Part shown: in pieces, positions 40,031-54,439 of the stretch
Layout of the letters: every line of letters starts with the position of its first letter
How positions within the stretch are numbered: position 1 is the first letter of the stretch
Origin: Lama glama
Taxonomy: Eukaryota
Length of the DNA: 64,000 nt
Direction: 5' to 3'
Assembly: GCA_028534125.1 (NCBI GenBank)
Contig: CM052817.1
Coordinates: 55,926,001-55,990,000, forward strand
Notes under the pieces: generated by a model
The model's database searches: none
What the model was told of the DNA's origin: nothing
What the model saw: the letters and a program-made list of their open reading frames with translations, nothing else
Made by a program: the position numbers and the translations under genes

Positions 40031-42204
40031 GATTTTTCGGTAGTAACTTCATAAGGTCTCAGAGTTTATTTGGGCTGGCCTCAAAATTACAGTGAGGATA
40101 TTTTTACCTTTGATGGTCTGTAATTTTTCAATAACTTTAGACTTCACCACTCTTTAAAGGTCAGTAGATCTCAGCTCTGGAGGCTTTTCCTAGGGTTATT
40201 TTAAAATGGTAAAACTTTAATCACCTTTTCAATATCTCCAGTGGGTTATCCAAGGATTCTCTGTATTCTTGGATAAGTTTGATTTGCCAGGAAAGCAGCC
40301 ACTGCCCCTTAGAGTGCAAATTTATGGTCAAGATCTTGTATATAATATTCTCTCACAAACTTTAGAACTTCATACATAGTGATTCTTGCCCTTTTGCATT
40401 TTTCATTTTTGTTAATATGTGATTTCTAATTTCTAACCAAATTTGCAAGGGATTTATTTGTGAGACTTTTTAGTAAAATAAATTTTTTGGCATACTTTCT
40501 ACACTTTTTGTTTTAATTTCATTGATTTTATTTCTACTAATTTTGTCTTCACATTATTTTTTTCCTAAAATCTTCCACTGCATGACTAGTTACTTCATAT
40601 TCATTTTTTCTTTGAGTATATGTACTTTTAAATAAGGCTCACTGATTTTGATATGAAGTATGAGGTTTTTACTTAATTCCTTTCATCTTTTTATCCTTGA
40701 CATGATGAGCTACATTTCAGGCAAATTCTTTATTATCATTTTCCAATTTATGAATTTACATTATGATTATGTCCTATGGAAACTTTATCTTGTTTGCTGC
40801 ATGATTTATTTCCACAGACTTGGTTTTCATTTGCTTCTCTTCTACACAAACCAGGTTTTATTAATGACTTATTTTTAAATGAAAATGTTCCCTTCCTTTC
40901 TCTCCTTAAAAAATTTCAGTACATTTATTTTAAATTTAATTTTAGATTTTTCTATATTAATTTTTATATAATAGGAGTTATGCTTTGATAATATTCTGGC
41001 TTTCTCTCTATTGTGTATTTTGTTTTGAATGTAATTATGCTGAATCATTTGAGTGGATGATTTTTTTTTTTTTTAACTATTTGGGGGTTTTTAAAAATCT
41101 CTCAGTTTCTTTTATTGCCCCTCTAGTATCACCTCTTTTTTTGCAGTTGCCTCCTCAGATACCAAGTTTTTAAAATCTCTTTAGAATTACTGCCCCACAG
41201 TGATTTGGGTTTATCATGGATAATGTCACTAAGTGTGTAAGTATTGTGACTTGACACCACATGATCAGGTACCATGGATGCAGAGGTCAAGGAAGGAGGG
41301 TATTCTAGCTCTGTCTCTGAACAGGATACCTGGACCCCATTCTTCCCCTCTCATGTGGCAATTTTTAACCTTCTTCATCTAGCAGAAACTAGAATTCCTT
41401 TCCTTCTAGGTATAATTCCACACACGGAGTCTATCATATTGACTTCTTGTTCTATTTTTCACACAAAAGAGTTAACTGTTTATTTGACCTTATCTGCTTT
41501 TGTTTTTCTTCATTTTATATTTTGCCTGCCATAGTTATGTGTTTAGAGAGGATTACAGAAGTATGAACTCACTGTATCATTTTTACTGGAATCTCTATCT
41601 TTTTTATTCTTTGGAACAGTTAAAATAGCAAAGAAACAATGTATTTCTCAAAAGTTGGTAAAAATGCTCAGCTGTGTCTCCTCCAAAATAAATAAAAGCA
41701 CTATTGTTAGACTTCTGCCTTATTGTCGACAGTTGTGATATATATTAAATTTACTTTTACATCAGTGCTATATTCTACTTTCTATTTTTTGAGATTATAT
41801 TTAGAATTTTTTGTTTTTATAGAAAATCATTCATTTTATTTATATACAGATTAAAATGTTTCTACATTATATTGTTTTAATGTTTTTTATCCTTGCTATT
41901 TTTATAATTTAATTCCTCCATTGCTCTAATATCATTTGGTTTAGTTTGGGAGATATATCTATATATATGTGTGTGTGTGTGTTTCAATGTATAGGTGTTT
42001 TTTCCCAATTCGTCCATATATGTTTAATATCTAAACTTTAGAATTAATTCATTTACATCAATATATATGTTAATGAAGAGTCAAGCTTTGCAAATATGCA
42101 AAGGACTCCTGTCAAAAATACACTTCTTTTCTTTTTTAATACAAAGATAAATATCTAGTAAAATGATGTGTCTCTGGATACATATGATTTTGGGGAAAAA
42201 AAAT

Positions 42205-43150
42205 CAAAATACAGAAGATAGCATGAATAAGGATAAATTAAAGAATACTCACATATCATTTACCCAGATTTACCTACTGTTAATATTTTGCCTAATTTAC
42301 TTTATTACTCTGTATGTGTGTGTGTGTATGTGTGTGCGCGCACATGAGTGCGTTTAATTTCCTTTTTAATAATTTAAGATTGAGTTTCATAGCACTTTAC
42401 CCCTAAGTAATAGTTCATCATGCATTTCCCAAGAATAGGGCTATACTGTTACATAATTAAGATAGAGTTTCCAAGGAAATTTTTGATATTATACTTTGTG
42501 TCCATATTCTGATTTTTTTCCAGTTGAACCCATCATGTGCTTTTCTCATTTTTTTTTTCATTCCAGTGCAGGGGATGTGATTGCACTTGTTGCCATGTCT
42601 CTTTAGTCTCATTTACCCTGGAATACAGTAAGAGCCTTTTTGTGACTTTTTCTAGTGGCATTTATAAGAAAAAGCTTTTCTGAAAAATAGAAAGTTCATT
42701 ATTTGGGGTTTATTTGATGTTTTCTATGAATAGATTCAGATTATGTATCCCTGGACAAAACACTGCATAAGTGACATTGCATTCTCAGGACATCATATCT
42801 GGACACACATGATATTCATTTACCCCTCACTGGTGATATTAATTTTGTCTATATAGTCACAGTCTCATGCAATCTCTACTGGATACTTACATATACTTAC
42901 ACTATGACTAAGCAAATAAATTGTTGTCCCTAAATATTTCCCTAAGCAAAAGCCCTTCCTTCTCCACCATCTAACTATTTTTCTATCTATCCATCATACA
43001 TATGTTTATTTATCAATAAATATTTATTTATGTATTTATTTATTTGAGTATTAGTATACATGCATTGATATATTTTTTAAAATTGTTTATGTACCATTTT
43101 TGTACTTAATTCTTTTGATATTCAAATTGTCCAATATTTGCCTAATGGAG
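42205..43150 (-). mobile_element. L1MC4/5-like 3' UTR
   Basis: TTTACCCAGATTTACCTACTGTTAATATTTTGCC...CATCATATCTGGACACACATGAT...TCAAATTGTCCAATATTTGCC. Confidence 0.75.
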
Positions 43151-44058
43151 GATTTTTCTCATTTCACTGATAATCTAGGAGAGAATAATGGTAAATATGT
43201 ATAATTTGGACTGTCACTTACAATAAAAAATTTTTACAGATTAATTTTAATTTTCAAAAACATCTAACTAAATGAATTAGTTTTTAGATATATTCAGAGC
43301 ATATCACACCCTTTAATAATCATCATCATGACCAAAATAAGGCATTCAATTCTATCGGTTTAGTGTCCTTAAGTAATAGAGCACCAAAATTCACCCAGTC
43401 AACATTTCCAAGGTAGAATAAAATGTATTCATACCTGACAATGCTATTAAAAACTGTATTCACAAAATGTCAATACTTTACAACCTGTAGTATGCGTTAT
43501 TTCTAATAAGTGCCAAGTAAATATAATTTATTTACTAGAACAACATCTTTTGAAAAAGAATAATTATCTATTAAGTAATGCACGCCTTAATATGTTAAAA
43601 TTCTGATATATTTATACATTCATAAATCATAATTCAACTTATTAGGCTACACTATGTAGAATCAATGTCTCCTCAGCTGTTGCTTCTCTTTAATTCTATT
43701 TGAAAATACTCAAAAACCAACTTAACTGCAAAAATTCATAGTATTTTCAACTTTGGGCTGACAAAATACTGTCAAGCACTATGAGATCTTTGGTTGTAAG
43801 AAGACCAAAGTTGGAAAATAGGGCTCAGTGTCCTTTCCTGGGAATGCTTGTATTTATAAAAGTTTATGTGATTTTTCTCTCAAGGCTATATGGAGTGAAG
43901 TGAAAGTGATTGTGAATATTGAGTCATGTCTTTGTATATATGGGTTGAGAACAAAATAGAAAAGAATTTTATTTTGTTTGGTTCAGTTTGGAGAGAAGCA
44001 GAATCAGATAAATTATACTAAGGCATACAGTGGAAAAATAGTATTAAGAGATGCTATG

Positions 44059-44464
44059 GTATTTTTCTTTCTCTTGCTGGCTTATTTCACTTAGAATGAT
44101 CATGATATCACTTATGTGTGGAATATAAAAACAAAACAAAACAAAACAAAAGACACAAATGAACTTATTTACAAAACCGCAACAGACTCACAGACATAGA
44201 GAATACACTTATGGTTTACCATGGAGGGAAAAGGATGGGAAGGGATAAACCGGGAGTTCGAGATTTGCAGATACTACTATATTTTAAATAGATAAACAGC
44301 AAGTTCATACTGTACAGCGCAGGGAACTACATTCAATATCTTACAGTAATCTATAGTGAAAAAGAACATGAAAACAAACATATGTATGTATATGCATGAC
44401 TGAAACATTATGTTATTCACCAGAAATTGATGAAACATTGTAAACTGACTATACTTCAATGAAA
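44059..44464 (+). mobile_element. Short camelid L1 3' end with a 42-bp 5' inversion
   Basis: 44059-44100 is antisense and 44101-44464 is the sense 3' UTR (GGGAGTTCGAGATTTGCAGATACTA). Perfect 13-bp TSD AAGAGATGCTATG at 44046-44058 and 44465-44477. Confidence 0.95.
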
Positions 44465-45350
44465 AAGAGATGCTATGAATAATTATATTTATATAATTAC
44501 ACAGGATTTGAGAATCAGAGTTCCGGCAACTTATAGCTTAATAACAGATGTAAGACAAGAGTGTAGGTTGAAGCAATTCCAGGAAATATCCAACCCAGAT
44601 ACATATTGTAGAAGGTGTAATGTATGATTCAGGAAATACAGCAGACTACTGGGATCAATCCTCCTGTTGAGAGCAACTTAAATGCAGGATTAAAAAAAAT
44701 TATTAAATGAAAAAAAGAGATGGAAAGGAAGCAAATAATCATCATGATATAAACTAAAATAAAGTGTGATTACAGATAAGACAACAACATAGGTTTTGAT
44801 AAATTTTGTGAGCTACAGAGGAAACAGCCAAGAATTCTGACTAGGAATCTACCCATTATTCTTCCAAAACACATACCCCAGGAGATGGAAGACAATTTCT
44901 TTGTTGTTGAATAGAACAAAGAAGTATGTTCCAGAGAAACTGGAGCCAAAAGGCGGCCTTTGCAGTCCTAATTTATTATACTTATGGGATCCAATTAAAC
45001 CTTTAAGTCATATGCTCAGGTTAAGTTGATATGGGACTGGATGTGCCCTGTATATTTGGTACAGCAAGTGCAGTCTCTCTGAAAACACAAATAACTTTAT
45101 CTGGGCCCTGTGAAATCCCTAGCTACATTTTTAGTAGTGAATGATAACAAAAAAAAATTCATGAATGCATGTAAAACATGACATCATAATAAAAATCACC
45201 AGTAACAACAGATACCAGGAGTTTGATAGATTATTCGGATTTGAAATTTATATTTTCTGATCATAGTAATATTTTATCAAGACTTTAAAAAGTACTAACA
45301 AAAAAGTAGTACATTAGTTTTTTTAGGATATTAATCATTATACATGCATA

Positions 45351-45497
45351 CAGTTATCCTTCCGTATTCACATCTGGGGATACAGAGGGCCAACTGTATG
45401 TATTGTATTTTGCCATTTTATATAAGGGCCATCTGTGGATTTTGGTATCTGTGGGAGCTCCTGGAACCAATCCCCTGTGGATACCAAGGGACAACTG
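45351..45497 (-). mobile_element. MER2/MER2B-like Tigger MITE, internally deleted
   Basis: TIRs CAGTTATCCTTCCGTAT ... ATACCAAGGGACAACTG, flanked by TA on both sides. Confidence 0.9.
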
Positions 45498-46389
45498 TAT
45501 ACTATTTTTCTTCTAGCAACACTATATGACATGTAAATATCTGTAAACAGCATATGTATAGAAATATACATATATATCTATATGTACATATATTGTACAT
45601 ACATTCTAGCTTAATTCTAGTTGTTCATGATCTTTTTTCACATTATCTCTTGGAAAACAGTAATTCTATCAATTTTCTCTTTTCAGAGTCATTATTTTTT
45701 ACTCTGTATTTCATTATTACCTTTTCTCATAGTTCAGGTTTGCTTTATTGTTTATATTTCAATCTCTTGAATAAAACATAATTTTTCACTTTAATACACT
45801 CTTGTTAATAAGTAAAGAAAAAAGATACTATTTTGAAGTGATGATCATTATTTTCTAATAAATATAATTATAGTTTTGATTTTTCTTGGTCCATCAGTTT
45901 CACTATTACTGTTTTAAAATTTTTCCAAATAATCATTTTATTAATTCCATGATTAAAGTTACATTCTAATTTAGAAAATATCTTGTATGATTTCTCCTTT
46001 TTGCAACATACTGAGATTTTCATCAATTATAAAAGTTCAAGAACAGGTTGCACACTACATAAAGTATGAATTTTAAAAGATATATTATTATTGTTATTGC
46101 TGCTATATAACTGGGCTCACTCATTTTATTATTGAAATTTTGAGCACCATGTAACAATCTCACCTCAATTGTTAATCTTTCATTTTCTTCTTGATTTCAT
46201 CCATTTAAAAAAATTTTTACATACTTATATGTACTTTTATTGTGTAGAAATTCATTCTACAAATTCATAATTTCACCAAACCTTTGTTAATTTCACCAAA
46301 CCTATTTCTTATGAAATATTTAAGTATTTAAACGATATGTCCATTATTAAATTTGTTATACAACTTGTAACAAAGAAGGACAGAGTAGA

Positions 46390-46860
46390 ACAGATGGATA
46401 ATAATTATGCTTGGTGTCCCGAGACTCTTCCCTGCCTTTCAGAGCTATGCTCTACTCTGCTCTGTGCTCTGAGAAGCTGACTATGTGCACTTGCTTCTCT
46501 CTTTGGCCCTCTGACCTCAGATCATGTCTGCCCAACAGGAAACTACAAATGCAGATCAGAAAGAAAATGGAATTCAAGGTATTCCTCAGTGTTGCTGCTG
46601 GGTGTCTGCAACCCTGGTTGAAGAGCCATAGCTCCCTCTCCAAGCAGCCTTCTCCACACATCCCCAACTCCCTCTGCTTCCCTTAAGGCTGAAGAGTGTT
46701 AATTCTGAGCTGCTGTTCCCAGCCCAATGTCACTGCATTATCTTTTGAAGTTTTCTCACAACTTTCCAATAGCTTTTGTACACAGCCCCTTAAGATAAAA
46801 TCTTCCAATGGCCCATCTCAGATGTTCCATTTGTTTATGGCCAGGACCCTGACTGATATA
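46390..46860 (+). mobile_element. LTR33-like ERVL LTR
   Basis: CTGCTCTGTGCTCTGAGAAGCTGAC...ends GCCAGGACCCTGACTGATATA. Confidence 0.75.
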
Positions 46861-48399
46861 CCAGAACATTTTCTTGCAAATCACTAGGCCTCATGGAAAG
46901 CATTATCTCAAACACATGTTTTCCAAACAGTTTTAATTCCTTTTCTTGTGTTTCTATGTCAAATTATGAAAAAAGAAAGTAAAACCCTTATATATCAAGA
47001 TCAGCATTTAGTAAGGTTCTGGGAAAGAGTTTGGCATGTAAAACCTCAAATTAATTAAGTGATTAGAGGAATAAGATAGGTTAAAAAAATATGGGTCCAA
47101 AGAAAAGAAAATAATGGGAGAGAATTAAAAAAGGGTTCAAAGCATTGAAGGAAAGGAAAAACTTTTCAATAAAAGATAATCAAAGTCAATAGGAAAGACT
47201 ACCAGAGATGGATAGCTGCCTTTAATAAAAGTGAACAATTTAAAGCATTAACAAAGATGAAGATATGTATTTTTTCAAATGCAACATAATTAGCATTCAA
47301 AAGGTATAGTGGAACCAGCACCAAAGGAGCTCAACTAATTACGAGTGGGACTAATTCTGATTGGGAAAATGTTTTTTTATTAGATAATTCAGACACAAAT
47401 AAGTTACCATGTACTGATAAGCAAAAGATACACCAAGGACTCCTTGCTCTGATTTTAAAAACAAAAAAGATTTCCTTTTGGAATTTGTATTTAAAGTCTT
47501 TATGCTTCACAAACACTTTCAGGAATTTACATTTGAAGGGAAACCTAACAAACTGGAACAAAATGACACTGTTTTGGTTTCCATTATTTTTTCTTTCTGT
47601 ATATAGGAGGAAAGCAATTTGATTACTTCACGTAGATAAATGTAGGACAAATGAAATAAATACATGTAAATTAGCAACCTAAGACTAAGTATTTTAGAAA
47701 AATATAATCCAAAAATTCTGTAGGTATGTTTCAGTGAATGTAATAGACATTTTTTCTTAAGTAGTTATAAAGACATACTTGACAATGCCTCTAGCTTTTG
47801 AATAAATCATCCTGAAACAGAAATAGCTCTGTGCCTGCTATCTTGATACTAGGCTACAACGACCACAATGCCAGTGTTTATTTTTCATTCCTACATACAT
47901 TTCATTAAGTAATAGGCAGGAAGATTCTTATGGATAAACTCTGTACATTAGATATTTAAAAACTGTTCTCAAAATATTTAGAGTAATTATAGCCTGGTTA
48001 CATTAAATTTAAAAGTATGTCTCCAGCAAAGGCTAGTGCAGAAATTTTGGAAACTTGTTAAGGTAATAAGAACAACTTTATGCCATTGTAAGCAGTTTCT
48101 AGACCAACCAGCAAGGATAATTTGTGTCTGAAAAATTTAAACACATTTGTGCAGAAGTGTTTCATTTGTGCATGTCTGCATACACGCTTGCCTGAACTGA
48201 ACAAGGAGGAAGGATTGATTAATAAAAAGAAATGTCATTCCAGAAGAGACACAGTGAAAAGTGAAGCTTTAAAAGTAAAATGGGCAAGTATCAGGGGAAA
48301 ATAGGTGACATTTAGAGTATGTTGTACTCTTCAGTGAGTACATGGACATACCACATTTGGTTAAATCATTATCAGTAGCATACATTTTAGGTTTAACCT

Positions 48400-49360
48400 C
48401 AGTCACACAGTATATTTTGATTGCATTTCCCTTCTTATATGTCTTTGTATTTTTTCCAGTATTCATAAAAACCTAATTTATTTTCATTTTGTTGTATGTG
48501 TTCCAGGTAGGTTTTCTCCCAACTCTCCAACAGCTTAAACTTTTTCTCAAAATAGTCAAAAGCATCGGTCCAATTCTTTTTTTTTTTTTTTTTTTAGTTT
48601 GATTACTTCCTGGTTATATGCATCCTGAAGTTATCCATCCTCCTATTCCAAACAATATCAGTGGCCTACAGGTCTGTCCCACAGATGTCTCTCTGGGGTT
48701 TTGTTTTTCTGTTATTTAATAAAAGCCCTTTGCCCTCTTTTCTATTGGATCCACTGTTTCCTGTATGTATTATCTTCCTGTTTCTCAATCTTGCTTCATT
48801 TTCATGGAGCATATCTCCAGGGACTTCTAGGGGAAGGGTACATAGGAGAAAGTTTTTAAAAATGCAACACATCTAGTATATCTTTACATTTCTTTTATAT
48901 CCAATAGATAATTTAGCTAGCATACTAAATTCCATCAGAATTTTAAAGGCATTATATTTTAATTTGCATCACCTGTATTTCTCTCAATACGTTAGAATGA
49001 TTTTCATTTGTATTCCTTCATATTGTGGTCTGTTAGTTATTCTTTCCTCTCTTTGGAAGTTCTCGAAACTACTCTTTATCCTGCTGTTCTGGCCTTTCTT
49101 GGTTATGCACTTTGGTGTGTATCTTTTAAAATTCACTTTATTGGGTTCTAAGTGGGTCCATTCAATTCTGAGAACTAGTCTTCTGTTATTTTTTAATAAT
49201 CTGCTCCCCTCCTTTCTCTCTTTCCAGAAGTCCCATGATTAGATATTTGATCTCCAGGACTGAGCACTGATTTTTCTTATATTTGGAGGGCCATTTTCAT
49301 CCCTCTTTCCTCCACCTTCCCCCTACACACTGTTTTGTAGAATTCTTTAGAAATCTTTTC
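48400..49360 (-). mobile_element. Old L1M/L1ME fragments
   Basis: T-rich degenerate antisense L1-like sequence, e.g. ATAGATAATTTAGCTAGCATACTAAATTC and GATTAGATATTTGATCTCCAGGACTG. Confidence 0.5.
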
Positions 49361-49368
49361 ATCACAAA

Positions 49369-49712
49369 TAGTTTCATGCTGGTAAATATTTAATACCCAG
49401 CTTTGTGGTAAAATGTATGCATGTAAATGTGCACGCATGTTTGATTTCAATTTTACTGATGTAAAGGATGTGTAGTATGAAACTTACAAATAATACAACA
49501 TGAAATACTCAATTTTGAATTCCAAACAGCAGTTGATTCTCACAGAATGCTTCCAATTGGTTTCTGCAGGATTCTTTAATCTGTACCAAACTTAGGGTTG
49601 TGATTCATAAAACACTGTACCAACATGAATATTGCTTGATATATTAATTTACTTTAATGAGTAAAAGAACAAAGACATATGTTGGGAACCTCACTCATTT
49701 ATCAATGAATGA
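49369..49712 (-). mobile_element. hAT DNA transposon fragment (MER63/Blackjack-like)
   Basis: TGCTGGTAAATATTTAA terminus, AATTTTACTGATGTAAAGGATGTGTAG and GTTGATTCTCACAGAATGCTT. Confidence 0.7.
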
Positions 49713-50364
49713 CAAGAGATTAAAACAAAAACAAAAACAACAAAAAACACAGATTTCAGTTTTCCTTAAAAGTGGGAAGACCTCACAACATTAGGCCTAA
49801 AATTGTGCCTGGCTGGTCTATATAGAAGAGGAGAGTGACCCCATTCATCTGAACCCAATGATCTCCTCGGATCCTACAGGCCATTTCAATTTATAACCCT
49901 GAATCCTGCAGTTAACATGACCTATCCTCAGAAAAGATGCTGATAAAATGTTCTCATTTATAATCTGGCAATTTGACATTTTCATGGGAACTTAAATGAG
50001 CTGTATTAATCTTGAATCAGAGAATGTAAAATTATGGAAGTGAAGCTTAATCAAATAGCAAAAAATAAAAGAAATAAATTAAAAAAATAGAATGTAGAAA
50101 TTTTTCATCTAGGTTACTCAGTAAAAGCTTCAACAGTATCCAGTGTGCTAATACAATTATCACTTGTTTGTTTCCATTTATAATATTTCATTCTATTGTT
50201 ATTTAATCTCTTATTCATTTCACCATTTAGGGTTGATGGCTTTTTAAATCCATTACTCCCACATAGTGGTATTTCCAGGAGGGGTCAAAATAATGTGTGT
50301 ATTCAATTTGCTATGTTTAACAGAGAATGTCCAAATTTTCTTGTATTTACTTTAATTTAGGGTT

Positions 50365-51480
50365 TTGTCAACACTGCTTTACTAAAAATGATTTTTTGAT
50401 CACCAATAAACTATCTGTTGCCAAATCCAATAGACACTTCTTTGCCCCCAATTTCCTAAAACTTCTGGCAATATTTAGCACAACTGACTAGTTTTTTCTC
50501 TTTTAAAATATATACTCGACTTGTGTGACTTTTTTTTTTTCAATTTTCTTGCTGACTCCTTCTACTCTAAATGATGTCTAAATGTTCTTCTTTGAGAAAT
50601 AGTCTGCTCCCTATTCTCTTCTTCATTCACATCAATTCACATCAACTACAACACTGATGATTCTCAGATCTCCAGCAGCATACTTCTTTTCTGGGCTCTG
50701 AACTCACTTGATATCTCCAAATTATATCTCTTGAAGTGCTTAACAAGACTCTTTTATCTTCCTTTCACCTTTATCCCAGTCAATGGGGTTCACCTCTCAA
50801 AGCTAAAACCTGACAATCCCAATTCCTCTCTCTCCATTAACTCCCACATTCAATTCATCAGAAAGTCCCGCTGATTCTGTCTCCAAATACATAATTTGAG
50901 CCTACTCATCTCATACTCAGACTCTTGCAAGCTATTATTAAACATTTCTTATGATTTCTTATGGCTCTATACCCACAATTCATTTCTTCCATCACAGCAC
51001 ATATGACCCTCAAATGTCCCTTACCACGACTTACAAGAATCAGGATGATTTATCTATTCACTAGCTGGCTCTCCAAACTTGTCTTCCTCCTCCTTAATTC
51101 TTCAGGGAAAGCTATCTTTATTTTGTCTCTTAAACATGACAGAATACTTTTTCTGTCTAAGATTCCACATATTTGTTTATTCTACTTTCTCTGTCTCTAA
51201 TTCTCTTTTCCTCACTTTTAGAATGGCTAATCATTTTATCTTTCAATATTAAGTTCTCTCAATCATAGAAACTTTTCTCAAACACAATCTTTTTTTTAAC
51301 TTTATAGCATTTATAACAGCTTATAAGTGTGTATAAATACAACAGTTAAAGGAATTTTTTTCCAGTTAAAGTCCATGGGTGAACATTGTCTGCCTAGTAT
51401 CTCATTGATTTCTTGACAATTAGTATACTGCTTAACTCATAGTAAGTTCTCATGAAATATTAATCAATTTAGTGAATAAT
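50365..51480 (+). mobile_element. L2 3' region
   Basis: TCACCAATAAACTATCTGTTGCCAAATCCAATAGACACTT...CCCACATTCAATTCATCAGAAAGTCC. Confidence 0.8.
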
Positions 51481-52294
51481 AGCACTGTTTTGTCATAAAT
51501 GGATGTGACATTTAATAATATTGTATTTTGTATTCTAGCCACTAAAAAGTAGATTCATGTTACTGTAATAATTTTTTATTCATAACACCGCTCCCTATTA
51601 AACAGTAATAGTATTTAAGTAGACGAACACCATAAATGATATCACATATGTATTACTTGAGCTTTCAGTAATCTGCGCTTGTGCTAAACTTTTCATTGGT
51701 CTCAGTAACTATAACTGGACACCAACAGTAGCTGAGAAAAGATCTGTAATTAAATATATTGTTTCCAGAATGGAAAACAAACGAACAAATGTCTCAGAAA
51801 ACTTGGCCAGACAGACCCAAGTGTATTGTGTCACTGCACTGTATCTCTAGAGGCAGCAAGTTATTGTTTCCTTTCTCTAAGAAAACTTCAATGAAGTTCA
51901 TAGACTTAACTCTTGCAATTATCAGCATTCATTAGTGACTCTGACAATGCAGAAAACATACTATTTTGAGGCATCAGATTGAATCACACCCATCAAGTTG
52001 GAAGGCAACCTACAGATCTCATTTGTGAGCAAATCTAATCATCTTTCAACGTTATCTAGTTATCATGATGTCCAGTCTCTGCATACCAAATTAGTTTTAT
52101 TGTTACCTACACAGCAATCAACATTTCATCATCTTTAGGATCATTCTCTGAAAGAATTGCTTTCCCAAGTATTTAATGTCTACTACAAATTCAAGTTAAA
52201 AGAGTAACGTTTCAGAGTAGATCATGTACAAATCTTGGAGCCAACTTCTGAGTTCTTGTCGCTTACTTTAATTGCTCAATACTTATAACAGTTT

Positions 52295-52499
52295 GGGGCA
52301 GGAGAAAGCTATACGGCCCATGAGTCAAATCTGGTTCACTGCCTATAGACAAAGTTTCACTGGAAAAAATCCACCCTCATTTGTTTTCATATTCTCTGTG
52401 GCTGCTTCTGTGCTACAAATCAGAGCTGAGTAGTTGCAGCAGAAATTGTAGCATCTACATACTATCTGGCCCTTTGCAGAAAATGTTTGTCGATCCCTG
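52295..52499 (+). mobile_element. MER58A (hAT-Charlie)
   Basis: ACGGCCCATGAGTCAAATCTGG...CAGAGCTGAGTAGTTGCAGCAGA...TACTATCTGGCCCTTTGCAGAAAATGTTTGTCGATCCCTG. Confidence 0.88.
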
Positions 52500-54439
52500 G
52501 TTTAAGACACTGGCCCAGGCACCTTACTTGTGAGTGCCCAGGAAGATGGGGTGAGTGAACTCTGAAGTCTCTACCATCTCACGCTTTTTTATCTTATGTT
52601 CATTAGTTTAGCTATGTCTGGCGTTATAGATCCTGATTGCATCAGCATTCATGTCAGGAGGATAAATTTATTTTTCTTTTCCCTTTTCTAGTTTGAACAC
52701 ATTAAATAAATACGACATCCTCAGCAGAACAATTATTAACTTAATGGAATGAAGAATCAATATTTTCTGTCTCCAATTTATTTTTCATTCTTTACAAAAA
52801 GGTAAAGAGGGGCTCTCAGGTGATGATAGTAAGTCAAAATTCAGGATATGTTAGCAGACCTACAAGGTTTTTTTGTTTGTTTGTTTTGATTTGGTTTGCT
52901 TTGTTTGTTTTTCACCTTAAACATGTTGGACAAAACATACTGCAATCAGAAGGGAATTCAATATCCATTTATTTTTATTTCAATCTGTAAAGAAATTATC
53001 CTTGTTTACCATATGTAACATGTTTTCGCTATTTAAGAAATTAGAATATTTTAGAAATTATTTTTGGCAAACCTGTTTGTAAGAGGTGAGATGTTATGTA
53101 CACTCAGTACTAAATTAGTGAAGTTGACCTGTGGAAAATGGAACACTTACAAGATTTCTACATAAATATTTGTAAGTGAAGGAAACTTGAAGTTCATGAC
53201 AATAAAAAAATGGAACACCAAACTACTGATTTCCAGTCTTTCTCACCCTTTGCACATTGGGTTTTCAACTTCAAAAGGCAATAAAAAACACCAATAAAAT
53301 GATGTAGAGGAAATATTAAAATAATATACACATGATCCCAAAACAATTTTAAAAATACTGTGCTGAATTAATGTTCTGAAATATGGCTTGATTAGATCTG
53401 ATAGCTGAGGTCACATTGCCATCTAAGGACATGTCATGCCAAGAGACTACAGGTACACCCAACAAAAACCCAAAGGGCAAAACAAAAATTTCTTAGAGCA
53501 AAATTTGAAAAACTAATATTCCTTCTTAAGTGTGTAAGAGCAGAAGAAGTCATATCTTTCAGTAGTAAACTGATGTAGGGTGTCATCTGATGCTATTCAA
53601 AATAAAATTTTAACTGCCTTTCAAAGGGAAATGATGACAGAGGTATACTCTGAAAATCACTCTTATATAATATTCAAAAGCCAGAAACCATACCCGCAGA
53701 TATCAAAGTTTTCCAGAAGGAAGACACTGACTTAGCAACATAAATGCTACCTAGACTCTGGACTCCCGGTGTTGGCTTTTGCTTTTCTCACACTGACTGT
53801 TTTATCTCGCCTCTCAGCTTACTCCTGGATGAACAGTGTTTTCTCTGACAAGCTTTGGATTCTTCTAAGAGATCAGAGTGATTTAGTGTAGAAGAGACTG
53901 GTGCTTTGCTGCCCTTAAGAAAGAAAGATGCAGATGCGAATGACCTTAAAGGTCTTTGTCCAAATCAGCTTCTCTCCTCTCCCTGCTTTCCTTCCTGCAG
54001 GAGGAAAATCAGTCATGTCTACACAAATCCCAATTCCATTAACCTTTCAGCTACTGCTGAGCCATGGTTGTACTAAGGTCCCTAACATTATATATGTCAA
54101 GAATCGGCTGGCATGTCCTTTGTATGTCTCTGTTGTAATATCTTGACTATTTCAGGTAGTTCATAGGTCAGTTATCTGGGAATATTAAAGTGCACTACAA
54201 TTTTTATTTCCGGAATTAATGCCTGAACTTGAGGTTCATTGAAGGGGTGAAAAAGTACAAAAGCAGACTCTCTTACACACACACACGTTATATTTAGTTC
54301 TATTATGTCATGTTCTTATTAAATTCTCTATGCTTAAAATTCACAGAAAGACAGTGAGGAGGAAGAAAATATACTCTAAAGTTATTTCTTGGAAATCACA
54401 GGAAGATGCGTAAACTGAACTCTAACACTAGTCTGCACA

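Noticed and set aside
40030..42100. Probable ancient antisense L1ME/HAL1 debris (also 44620-45240)
   Set aside because: Too degenerate to set boundaries or a family by eye.
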